Assembly (NCBI GenBank): GCA_017654855.1
Contig: CM030338.1
Location: 310,001-374,000 of the forward strand
DNA from: Podospora anserina
Lineage: Eukaryota
Length of the DNA stretch: 64,000 nt
Direction: 5' to 3'
Numbering within the stretch: the stretch's first letter is position 1; the number at the start of each line of letters is the position of its first letter. Both the position numbers and the translations under genes were made by a program. Below, piece after piece: positions 1 to 11,600 of this stretch. The notes under the pieces were generated by a model. The model had not been told where the DNA came from, ran no database searches, and saw nothing but the letters and a program-made list of their open reading frames with translations.

Positions 1-1652
1 CGAACACAATCCGGTGCTAGAATACTAACCAAGACATGAACAGAAACATGGAAGCGCCAACGCAAGCTCTGCAACCACTTGATGCACACCTCGGCCCTCG
101 CCTCGCTTCACTCATATCCCACCCGTGAGCGCGATAGATTTCTTTACCTCATGGGAAGCGACCCTTCCAAGTACCTCGAGTGGATCGAGCAGTTCACGTC
201 TCGCACCGTCTCTCGCCTGTCCTGGGGAACCGCCAAACCAGCCCAGATCCTCCGGCACACGACCTTTGGCCTGCTGCAGACCATCTCACCTTCCGGCGCG
301 TTGCCAAACATCATCTCCTTCCTGCAGCACGTCCCTCTTGCGCTAAGCCCGTGGAAGAAGAAGGAAGCGGCTAGACACGCGCTCGAGGACAGGTTGTTCA
401 AGGCCAATATCGACTTTGTCAGGAGAAGTCTCGAGTCTGGAAGGGGTGAGGAGTCCTTTGTCGGCACGTTCATGAAGAGCCAGTTGCCTGCTGAGGGTAA
501 GGACGAGAAGGAGAGGTTGAAGTGGGGAGATCAAGAGGAGGCGATGCATGTTGTCGGTCTGATGGCGATCGCTGGGGCGTTGACGATTGGGAGCCCGATT
601 CAGAGCTACATCCTGGCCATGTGTCATTACCCCGAGGCTCAAAAGGCGTTGCAGGAGGAGATTGACCGGGTTTGCGAGGGGAGGTGCCCGCAGTGGGAGG
701 ACAGGGAGAAGCTGCCTATGCTGAGAGCGGTGGTCAAGGAGGTGATTCGGTGGAGGCCGCCGGTGCCCACGGGCATTCCCCATGCGATTGAGAAGGATGA
801 TGTCTATGAGGGGTATCTCATTCCCAAGGGGGCGACGATTCATGCGTTGGAGTGGTGAGTTTTTGCCTTCCCCCTTTCCCCCCCCTTTAGTGTGATGAAG
901 CTAACAAGTGGAAAAACAGGGGCATCACCCGCGACGAGGAGACCTACCCCTGCGCCGATGAGTTCCTTCCGGCCCGCTGGGTCGACCCGGCCTATCCTAC
1001 CTTCAAGGAGCCCCTCACACAATACCCGAATCTCAACGGCTTTTCTCAGTTTGGTTTTGGCAGGCGAACGTGCCAAGGCATCCCCATCGTGGAGCAGGAT
1101 CTGTTCCTCTCGATGGGCGGCATGGCCTGGGCCTTTGACATCCGCAAAAAGGTAGACCCGGTGACCGGCAAGGTCATCCCTGTGCACTGGAACGACTACA
1201 CGCCTCTCTTGATCGCCAAGCCCTGCAAGTTTGACTTTGACGCCATCCCAAGACAGGAGGGTAGGATGGAGGAGCTCAGGCAAATGTTTGATTCTGCGAG
1301 GGAGGAGGAAGAGCAAAAAGACAAGGCGATCGCGATGGATATCAGCCAGTTTGAGAAGGACCTGGGTGCCGAGAAGATTTACCGCGACAAGGCATGTGAG
1401 ATTAGGTATGCCGACGCTGCGGCGCAGTCGGATGAGCTTGAGCAGACGGCCTCTGAGGGGTCTTCGACGCCACTGGAGCCTGGGCTTGAACTTGGGGATT
1501 CGAGTTCCGAGGCCGATACCGAGAGCGACTTCGGAAAGGAATCGCTCAGCACGGGGATGAGGGTTGTGTTGGACGGCCGGGTTGAGAAGACGCTCGGGAT
1601 TGAGCCTGTGGTGAGCGTGACGGGAGTACCAGGCGCGTGGAAGTGGGCTTAG
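1..1652 (+). CDS. Cytochrome P450, 5'-truncated by window edge, intron-containing
   Basis: ExxR motif (KEVIRWRP), PKG motif, intron about 855-919 (GTGAGT..CTAAC..CAG), heme motif FGFGRRTCQG near 1050-1080, stop at 1652. Confidence 0.9.
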
Positions 1653-2720
1653 TGATGATGGCTGGCCATGATTTTGCGATGTTTCTAATGAATGAGGGCT
1701 GCATTGGGATTGGGACTTGTGCTGGGTATTTGGGTCTATCAAAGTGAAATACCCAAAGGAAACTGGTAGTATTTGGATGGACGGAGTTTGGAAAAATGGG
1801 TTGGTTGTTTTGATGATCGACAGGGCGGGTGCCCTCTTTTCTTTTGTTTTTCTTTCTTCTTATTCAATTAGTATTAGCATAACCTAAGGTAGGTTTCTTG
1901 GAGCAGATAGCAACTGAACTCTCCTCTTGAAATGACTAAGAAACGTGCCCTACATGGCCATCGAGGTAGCAATTTGACTCTCGTTGTCTTGTAACTACGC
2001 TTAAGGGTGCTGGTGTTGTTCAAAGTTTAGTTCAATGTTAACTCGTGCGACAAAGAGCCGGGATGACTGGATGTTGATGGATTCGGATGCTGACGAGAAC
2101 ATGAGGGCGCCCGCATGATGTTCTGGAATGAAGAGAGGCCCGGAAAATGGCTTTCATCTCGCGTTGGGCGACTCTGCATAGAGCATTGTGTGGTGGAGTG
2201 GCAAAACGGCTGGTGGCTTGACCAATAGCACGGCCATCTCTCCTGCCCAGGCATTAACATGGAACGGCGAATCTTGCGAGAAGGACCCTTCTTCTGGCGT
2301 TGACCTGGCTAAATGTGTTTATGGTGGTATCCAAGCCCGGTAGCGTCTTTTCTACCCACCAACGAGAAGCGTCAGATGCCTGTTGGTGCTGGCTGTCACT
2401 AACGGCCCCATGTGACTGCTCCGCCGTACAGTCTTCTTAGTGGCCGCCATGTCCACGACCCCAAGGCACCATGCTCTCCCATGTGGCCAATCCAGCGTGG
2501 CGTCTTGCAGTGCCGCTGCCAGACAGCAGCATGATAAGCAGGAGAGATGACAGATGACAGGGGGCTGGGACAGTTAGGTGGTATAGGTCGATATTAAAAA
2601 CCTGGGGAACTGCCGTATTCACCTGGATTTCACCCAGGCTCAGGCTCTCAACATCATCATCACCGGGCAACCTCCTTCCCACTTTTTCTCGACCTCTCCC
2701 ATCACCTTGACCAGCACACA

Positions 2721-4198
2721 ATGGGCCAGGGACCCAGCACCAGCGCCCTGCAGCAATGCATCCAGGGGGTTGCCAACAACCGAGCCAACTTCGCTGCTTT
2801 TGCCGGGAGCCCACTTTACCAGATTCAATGGGTCAAGCCGTATAATCTTGATGTGCCCGTCGAGCCTGCCGCCGTGGTGAGGCCAGAGACGGCACAGGAT
2901 ATTTCCGACATTATCAAGTGCGCCAATGCCAACGGCGTCAAGGTGCAGGCCAAGTCTGGGGGGCACTCCTATCAGAACTACGGCGCTGGCGGGAGTGATG
3001 GGGCCGTTGCCATCGACATGGTCAACTTTCAGAAATTTTCAATGGACACCAAGACATGGTATGCTACCATAGGGGCTGGAAATCGCCTGGGAGAGGTGGA
3101 CAAGAAGATGCACGCTCAAGGAGGACGGGCCATGGCCCATGGTGTCTGTCCTGGTGTTGGCCTTGGTGGTCATGCTACGATTGTAAGTGACTCTTCAAAT
3201 CATGTCTTGCTGGATGCCTGCTAACTTGACCATCAAAGGGAGGATTGGGCCCCATGTCGAGAATGTGGGGATCTGCCTTGGATCATATTGTCGAAGTTGA
3301 AGTCGTCACCGCCGACGGCAAAATCCAGAGAGCGAGCGCCACGCAGAACGAGGATCTTTTCTGGGCCCTCAGAGGCTCTGCGTCTGGGTTCGGAGTCATC
3401 ACCGAGTTCGTTGTGAGAACACATCCCGAGCCGGCCAACGTTGTTCAGTACGAATACACCATCAAGCTCGGGAAACAGGCCGATGTCGCTCCTTTGTACT
3501 CGAAATGGCAGGCTTTGATGGCGGACCCCAAGCTTGACCGTCGGTTCGGATCCATGTTCATCATGTTCCCTCTTGGCGCTATCATCACTGGCACATTCTA
3601 TGGAACTCAGGAGGAGTTCTTGACAACTGGCATCCCCAACGCTCTTCCGCAAGATGGCAACGGCCATCTGGTCATCAACGACTGGCTTGGGGGTTTGGCT
3701 CATGATGCCGAAAAGGAGGCACTGTATCTGTCTGGGCTTGCTATGCCATTCGTATCACGCTCTCTGGCCTTCAAGCGACAGGACCTCCTGGGACCGGAAA
3801 AGATCAAGGACATTTTCAACTGGGTCGACACCCAAAAGAAAGGCACGCTCCTGTGGTTCATCATCTTCGACGCCGCAGGGGGTGCTATTGAAGACGTACC
3901 GCAGAATGCCACGGCCTTCGCTCATCGTGACAAGGTCATGTACTACCAGTCTTATGGTATTGGACTGCCCGTGACAAAAACCACCAAGGATTTCATCACC
4001 GGATTTCACGACCAGGTTGTTCAGAAAGCCGGTCCAGGCACTTGGGGCACGTATCCAGGGTACGTCAACAACGCTTTGGTCAACCAGCAAAAGCAGTACT
4101 GGGACTCCAACCTGCCCGCATTGGAGCAGATCAAGGCTCGGTGGGACCCCAAGGACTTGTTCCACAACCCAGGGAGTGTGAGGCCTGCCAAGAACTAG
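2721..4198 (+). CDS. FAD-linked oxidoreductase, berberine-bridge/AA7 (glucooligosaccharide oxidase-like) family
   Basis: KSGGHSY and CPGVGLGGH FAD-attachment motifs, DLFWALRG, C-terminal BBE segment YPGYVN..KARWDPKDLF; intron starting at 3183 (GTAAGT..CTAAC..AAG). Confidence 0.9.
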
Positions 4199-4539
4199 TG
4201 TCTTGTCCTCATTTTCAGGCGATTTGTACTTGTAGAATAGAGATACCCGATTGCATTAATGTTTACGTGTTATCTGGCTTCCGAATCAGGACATGACTTT
4301 CACTCAAGTGATCCTTGGACTAGGTAGTTGGATGTAGTTGAGGACGGGTGAATGTGTGCAAAGCCACTCAAAACAGCCACCCAACCCCAAACATTCAGCC
4401 GCTGGGCTCCCTCGTGATGCTTCACCCCTTGCCAATAAATATGTATACAAAGTATGCGGGATCCTATCTCCGACTTTCACAGCTAAGGTTCTCTCCATCT
4501 CTCCACGATCATCTAAGCGACCAACCCCTTTCTACAGCG

Positions 4540-5190
4540 ATGACTGACACAGATCTTCTGCCGGACGCCGTGATTAGATGGGCTCCCACAATTGATGCAC
4601 TTGACAAAGCCATCGCCAAAAACATGCCCCTGTGTCCATCCACAAGCTCCGGCGAACAAGCATTCAACCATTTCTGGCATAACGTCTTTACCTCCCTTGC
4701 CGCCGAAATCGAAGAAGATGACACCATCCCCTTGCACCTGACTTCGCCTCCCCGTCCCACCTTCTACATCAAGATTTTCACGAAACCAGTTCGGGACAGG
4801 ACTTGCTGATGTGATAACACTGGCTATAATTTCCAAATCGTCCTTAGAAACCCATCTGGTGTGACCAAAGGGGATTTGGTAAGGGGCATAAGGGATTATC
4901 TGTATAGCGAGGAAGGGTCACAGACAAGGGTTTTCTACAGGCCAGGACAGCCGGGCGATGAACTGGGAAAGCAGGAGGTGGATATGAAGCGGGTAGTGGT
5001 TTATGATTCGACTTGGTATATCATGGACAATGAAGAGGACATACCTGATGAAAATGAAACACGTTTCAAGGGATGCACATGGAAGAATCCCGAGATCGTG
5101 CTGTTTTGTTGCACGATGGAGAAGGTGGAGGAACGACGGAAGGAAAACAACAGAATTGGGGACACGCATATGAAAGATGCGGCGGAGTGA
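4540..5190 (+). pseudogene. Hypothetical protein gene with a single in-frame TGA at 4807-4809
   Basis: ORFs 4348-4809 and 4861-5190 are in the same frame; read-through gives ..RDRTC*CDNTGYNFQIVLRNPSGVTKGDLVRGIRDYLY.. Confidence 0.55.
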
Positions 5191-5464
5191 CCCAATTGTA
5201 GGTGTTTCCAAGCGTGTGCCTGCACGCAAACCAAAATAAATCCAACTCATGACTTACCCCAAACGCCTTGATGTAAACCAAAGGGCATTGCGCTGATTCC
5301 TGAGGCCAAAAACCGCCTGAAACCCTTAAACCCAAAATGCAAAAGACATGACAGTGTGCCCGACCCGGCTCCTTTCTGTCCTTGATCCTCGCCCTCGGAC
5401 CTTCCATCCATGACGACACGAGCGTCCCTTGTCCAACCAAATTCAAAATATTATAAACAGCTCT

Positions 5465-6760
5465 TCACCAACCACAGTGCGGGCATGGCTCGTTGTTGTA
5501 CGTCGCATTGGCCAAACAGATCTCAGTCCCACTGTCTTCTTTCTTGCTTCCTCTGCCTGATTCGGCTTCCGCATGTTCTTGATCCTCCTCTTCCGGCTCC
5601 TCCATGACGACACGGGCGTCTCCTTGTTCTTGCCCTCCAGCTTCCTCCTCTTCTTGATCCTCCTCGCTGACGACCCAGCCGTCAATCTCCCAGTATCCTG
5701 CCTCTTCAGTTTGTTCCTCGTCTTGCTTCAGCCACTCGCGTTCTTGCTCTTTCTCCTGCAGTATCGCCATGACCGCACGAGCGTCGTCCTTCATGCGTTC
5801 TGGCTCTTCAAAATCTGGTGCCAAAAGTGCGAGCGGATCAAGCTGGCGGTAGAATTGTTGCCACATAATTCCGAGTTCGCTGCTCGACAAAATGTTGTGA
5901 TACACCCCCGTGCGAGGAAAACTCAACACTCGGGCTTCGAGCGCATGATCCTCGTTGTTCTTTGCGTTTTTCGTGAGCCTCTTCATGGCTGAGCCGAGTT
6001 CGGAGCCAGCTGCCTTGAGAACTTTTGTTGTTGTTTGGTCTAGCCAGTCCTGGTTGGGGAGTCTGCCGCTGAACTGGTCCCGGAACCTTGACAGATTCTC
6101 TGTCATGTCTTGACACGCCCTAGATCGGGCTTCGGCGGATTCATTGTTTGGAGCGGCCACGGCTTCCTTGCCAGCGAAATATGTGGCTTGGGAGACTGTC
6201 ATGTAATATGCCAGCTGAGCAATGGTGCCGCGGACTTGGCGCATTTTCTCGCCGTAGATTGGTGGCAGAGGTAGAAGGTGTTCTTTGAGAGTGTTCCGAT
6301 AGGTCTTGCTGGCGGCAGCGATGCTCGGGCGGGCTAGGTGGTTGTAAAGCGGTACGAGTCTGTTGCGCTCGTACGCCGGCGGAGTGTCTTCATTGTCGAT
6401 TTCGCTGCAGTGGCAGTCGCAGGCGTTTGGGTGGTGGCAGTGGAACTGGCAGTCCTGCTGGTGGGTGCTTTTCCCGCAGCCGCAATCACAAGGGAAGTGG
6501 AATTGGCAACCGCAGCCAGGCTCGTAGTCATCATCATCATTCTCAGGTTGTCGTCATCATCCACGTCGAGTTCGTTGTCGTCATCCGCCTCCTCCTCATC
6601 ATCCTCGGATTCGGCGTCATGATGGTGGAGAGCATTGTAGCTCTGGAAAGCTGTGTATGCTGGTGGCCTGTCATACGAAGGAGGGGCCCCAAGTTTCTCC
6701 TTCACCCCGCGGAGAGCGACGTTAGTAAACGGGTTCCTAAACCCAACTGAACATCCACAA
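5465..6760 (-). pseudogene. Orphan acidic, Cys/His-rich protein gene with an apparent 1-nt frameshift near 6547; start unresolved
   Basis: The frame of ORF 5465-6244 extends upstream through DDDDYEPGCGCQFHFPCDCGCG..CQFHCHHPNACDCHC; the acidic run further upstream continues in another frame (ORF 6334-6813); TACTAAC branch site at about 6721-6727. Confidence 0.5.
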
Positions 6761-7043
6761 GCGGCAATCCTATCGTCTACAACAAATTGATTGGCGTTTG
6801 TCAACGTGATCAATTGGCATTCATAAACGCTGTTTTAACGTTTGTACACGCAATTAAGTGTCGTTTACAAACGCATTTTTTCACGTTTTAGAAACGCTGT
6901 CTTGACGATTGACGTTTGAACACGCGATCAAGTGTTCTTTACAAACACATCTCTTGACGTTTAGAAACGCAGTTTTGACGTTGGTAAACGGACATTCACA
7001 AACTATCCATCGTCTACAAACGCATCTGTAACGTGTGTAAACG
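6720..7043. repeat. Array of about 14 imperfect 12-bp palindromes (CGTTT-NN-AAACG), including a ~72-bp imperfect direct duplication
   Basis: Units start at 6720, 6774, 6795, 6818, 6839, 6862, 6884, 6913, 6936, 6958, 6979, 6993, 7011, 7032; segments 6836-6906 and 6910-6980 align. Confidence 0.8.
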
Positions 7044-7098
7044 ATAAGCTGTTGACTGAAAAGCAAAAGCAAACACTCGATACTTGCAGTTGATAACT

Positions 7099-7212
7099 GG
7101 TGATGGTGATGATGGTGATGGTGATGATGGTGATGGTGATGATGGTGATGGTGATGATGGTGATGGTGATGATGGTGATGGTGATGATGGTGATGATGAT
7201 GGATGGTGATGG
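7099..7212. repeat. Minisatellite (GGTGATGGTGATGAT)x6 plus degenerate tail
   Basis: 15-bp tandem unit read directly from the sequence. Confidence 0.95.
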
Positions 7213-7427
7213 GTGAGGGAAAAAAAAGAAAAGGTCAGAGTGCACAGGAAGACGGTTGATATAGATTCAGATTTTAGGTTGTGCCCTAGCGGCAAGAAAA
7301 AAAGACCACGTTCAAAAGTTCGGTTGGGTATCATGTGGGTGTAAAAATTCAAAAACTGGAAATGGCCTCCATCGTGGTAACTCCTAAACGCCCATATTTC
7401 CACCATGACCTTCCCTCACGACCTCTC

Positions 7428-7748
7428 TCAAGACCTCGCGCTTCCGAAACTTGAACTTGTCCTCGTTGAGCTTGCACTGCTTCGTCTCGTCCATATTGAA
7501 CCTAGCCCCTGGGCTTCTTGATATGTTGTTCGCGTGGGACCCGGTAGGCTCACGGCTTGCAGCTTCTCCAATCCCGACTTGAAGGCACTGTTGATGGCCA
7601 CTCTGAGGCCCGAGATGAAGGGGTTGTGTGCACGGTGTTGGTGCTGTTCTGCTAGTTGGTAGTCGGCGGGGTGGGAAACGTGGTGATGAACTCGCTCAAG
7701 ACGCTCCATGTCGTCGAGCATCATGTGGTAGTACTCTTCATCCTCCAT
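7428..7748 (-). CDS. Small hypothetical protein (106 aa)
   Basis: ATG-initiated ORF MEDEEYYHMMLDDMERLE.. with protein-like composition; no recognisable domain. Confidence 0.4.
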   Translation of the reverse strand: MEDEEYYHMMLDDMERLERVHHHVSHPADYQLAEQHQHRAHNPFISGLRVAINSAFKSGLEKLQAVSLPGPTRTTYQEAQGLGSIWTRRSSASSTRTSSSFGSARS

Positions 7749-8646
7749 AATGCGGTGGTGGATATGATGGTGTCCCTGATTGTCACATGTCAGGATTAGG
7801 GCTGTGTTATTGTTTTACTTCATGGCTGAATACACATACACTGTGTGGAGAAAACAAACTCGGAAGCTTTGGGTGGAAGAACTCAAGTCAGAGTTCGATG
7901 GTGTGTCTGAACACTTCAAGATGATGGCTCTTGTGAACTTTGACAGCTTGACCGTCGGTAAAGTTTGATGTGATGCGATGGTGAATCGTTGGTGATAAAA
8001 ACGCTTTGGAAGGCCATCCATACCCTCAAAGGGGACATGGAGTTGGGATTTATATGTCACATTGTGATTCTCTTGTTCATATTGAAGTTGCAGCCCAAAC
8101 GCGTCAATCGCACCACCACTGCTGTGTGGCCAGTTGTACTGAGCTGGGGACTGCCGTCGTCGTATGATTTTGGTTCAATAGAGTTGGTGCCATTGGCTGC
8201 ACCAACCACAGCCACCCAGACACCTCCCCAGTTGTCAGTCCACTACAGAGCAGTGCATCCTGATGACATTGAGCCCAGACTTTGGCATTGGGCCACCGGG
8301 CGAAACCGGGCTAGCATGGTCCAAATATTTGTCGTGATTCGAGAATCACCACAGTTGGTAGCTAGACACCTCTTGCGCTATCAATAAAATGCCATTCAAA
8401 ACAACAAAGGAAAGGGTATATAATAACCTAGAATGATACAAGACGCAAGCGAGTGCTGGGCTCGGTCCCACCCCTTCTTCACCTCCCACCTCTCAGCCCA
8501 TTGCCAGGCTGTTGGCCCTCCCACGCTGGCAAAGGAAAAAACAAAGGAAAAAAAAACAGTATTACACAAGTGACTCATGAATTATCATTATCTCGTGCTC
8601 CACCACCCTAAACTCTCCCTTCTTCTTTACACCGTGGCTTGGCCCT

Positions 8647-11600
8647 TCACAGTTCATCATGGCCCTGAACCTTCTCCTTGACCGCTTCGGTCGCTTCGCT
8701 CGCAACACTTGCCACCTTCTCACCGACGCTTCTGACCTTCTCGCCGGCCTCACCGACCACTTCGCTAGCGGCGCTGGCGGCTGAGCCAACAACGTTGGTG
8801 CCGGTGGCATAAGCAGCATTCAGCCTGGACACCACGCTTTCCGAGAATGTTGGTTCCTTGCCGACCAAGAGTTCAGACACGAGCGCGCTCACGGCCTCAT
8901 AGCGTTGAGCAGCCGCATCACTGGCCACAGCAGCGGCACTCGTTACTGACCCCGCCCCTTCACCAGCTGCCGCCGAGGCAGAGGAAGCGTACTCGCCAAC
9001 ACCGCTGTAGAAAGCTTCGTACCATGGAGTAGGGGCTGGAGCACCGTAGACCTGTATGCTGATCTTGGTGACAATGACATCCCAGCCATCAGCCACGTAG
9101 TCAGCTGCAGCAGCAGCTTGCTCGTATCCGGCGGCAGCCGCAGAAGAGACGTTCTCGCCGGCAACCGATGCGGCGGAGGAAACTCCTGCACTGGCAGCAG
9201 CCGCAATAGAGGATGCACCTGACCCAATGACAGAAGCAGCAGAGGCACCAGACTCGCTTGCCGCCGACGCAGCAGAAGCGGCAGCCACACTAGCTGCCGA
9301 AGCGGCAGAAGCAGCCGACTCGCTGGCCACTGAAGCGGCCGAAGAAGCAGACTCGCCAACGGCGGCGGCAGCAGCAGCCGCGGACTCGCTGGCGACCGAA
9401 GCAAGCGAAGAAGCAGTACCGGCAAGATCAGTCGGTGTAGGGGTGGCCGTCATGGAGCTCACGGCTGCGCTGGCTGCCGACAAAAACTCGGAATACCTGG
9501 CATGCGCGAGGCCGAGACCGGCGTAGTAATTGTGCCGGGCATTATCCAGAAGCTTGTTGACATGTTCAGCTGGGGTGGAAGGTGTTGGGGTGGCCAGACC
9601 AGCTGCAATCTTGGCACTTTCGTACTGCTCCAGCGCCCAAGACCGGCCCTGTTCGAGGCGTTCCGAGGCAATGGACTCGATACGGGCCCAATCGACACTG
9701 GGCACGGGGACAGTCGGAATGGCGACCGTGGGCATGATGTTCTTCTTCGTCTTGGTTGGTGTCCCGCGCAACTGAGTCGACACAGCCTCGAGCGCAACGT
9801 CCATCCGAGAGCTTGCTGAGGCCATGGCCTTGTTGTAAGCAGACGTCACCGAGGCTAGCATCTGTTGATGAGCAGGAAGGGGAGTGCCGTGGATCTGGGC
9901 TGAGACAGCCGACAATGCCTCGGAATATTGTGCGTTGGCACGAGACATGGCTGCGGAGTAGACCGATCTCAATTCGTCTTGCATTACCTGAATGGCACCG
10001 GACATGTCCTCCTCGTCATCCTCCTCGTCATCGAGGATAGGGGAATGACGGGGCACAACCTGAGCGGCGGCGCCAAATAGAGCGGGCTTGACAGTAGGCG
10101 CCGCTTCGGCTTCCGCGACAGGACGAGTGTCAGGAGCGTCTCCAGCCTCCTCTTCTTCCCCCACGGCGTCCTCGTCGACTGGCAGCTCAACTGGGGCTGG
10201 GTCAGCTTTGACGTCCTCTTGAATCTGCGTCACATTATCAACAATAGGGGGGGTCTCGAACACCAGGGACTCGCTGGCCGCAAGATGGGTAAGATCGTCA
10301 GCAACTGGTTCTGGAGAGTTGTCGACATCGGCGGTGGCCTCGGACGTGGGCTCAACAACGCTGGAGATCTCTTCCGAGGCAGCGCTAACTGCCTCAGCCG
10401 GCTCCTCATCGCCCTCACCAGCCATCGAGTCCTCGGCCCACAAGTTGTTATTGCCAACCGATTGGGCAGCCTCAGCTGTCTTTTCCGATACAATGTCCTT
10501 GACACCGACAACAGCCTCGCTTGCCTTCTCGTACCCTCCCGCCACCTTGTCGACGACGGCATGCTGGGCCTTTTCCGCGGACTCGCCAGCCTTGTTGACC
10601 ACGCTGGTGGCAGCAAGTCTGGCGGCTTCGACAGCCTCGGCAGCCTGCTGTGTCAGGGTGCTATCAAACTCCTCCGTCACATCGCCAGCCACAAGCTTCC
10701 AGTTGGCCACTTGCTTTAGACGACCGAGCTCCTTGGCTGCCGTGGCGGCCAGTTTCATGGCCTCATCCTCGATGTTGGCCCCCTCCACCTGCGCAGCTTC
10801 AAGGTTCGGGTGGGTAACGATGAGGTTCTCCAGATCTCCCTTCCACTCGTCAAATCTGCTCTTCAACAGGTGGTACTTGGCCCAGTCCTTGTATGTGATT
10901 CCATCCGTCCAGGCCCACTTCATGCCAATCCTTTGCAGTGCCAGATCTCTGATGCCTTGAAGAACGGTGAAGTGGGTTTCAGCCGCTTGCGTGATGGAAG
11001 CCTGCAACTCGGTTTCGTACTCCTCACGCCACTGGCGCACGGCCTGCGCCTTGTCTTTGATAGCCATACCGGCCTGCCTGACAGCCTGAACGATTTCCTC
11101 CTGTGCGTCCTCGGTTCCCAGCTCCTTGTCGTTGACTGCATTGATGATGTCGAGAATGTCGCCGCGGAGCAGTACCAGCTCAGAGACTGTGGCCTCTTGA
11201 AGCTGGTCGAGAAGAGCCTTGCCTGTAATTCCAGCGTTTCGGCGAATCATCCTCTTGGCAATCTCCTGGACGCGGTTGTCAATCTCGGCAGCCCCTTCAT
11301 CCACGGCTTTGGCGTAGCGCTCTTGCCAGTCCTTGAGATCTGCAGCCACCGTCTCACGAGCAGCGCGGCGCACCGGATCCTCATTCTCAACTTGTTCGGC
11401 AGTATCGGGAGGAGTGATGGGATCGACGCTGGATTTGGATCGATGGGCTTCTGGAGCGTCCTTGGCTTGCGGTCGACCGGCTGTGGAAGAAGGCTTGCTC
11501 GAGGCAACAACAGAGGTGGTCGAGGAGGCGGATGGTGCAGGCTTGACAAAAGAAGATATCGTTTTGGAAGCAAAGCTAGAAATACGTTAGCAAACTGTGT

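Noticed and set aside
4807-4809. Selenocysteine codon
   Set aside because: Ascomycetes lack Sec machinery and no SECIS element could be identified
6720-7043. CRISPR-like repeat/spacer interpretation of the palindrome array
   Set aside because: Repeats are only 12 bp and degenerate, spacers are about 10 bp, the context is eukaryotic, and no cas genes are present
7821-8387. Possible small plus-strand gene (MAEYTYTVWRK..)
   Set aside because: No convincing splice model or domain
9200-9430. GCA/GCC-rich repeats
   Set aside because: Explained by Ala/Ser-rich coding repeats of the She10-like gene
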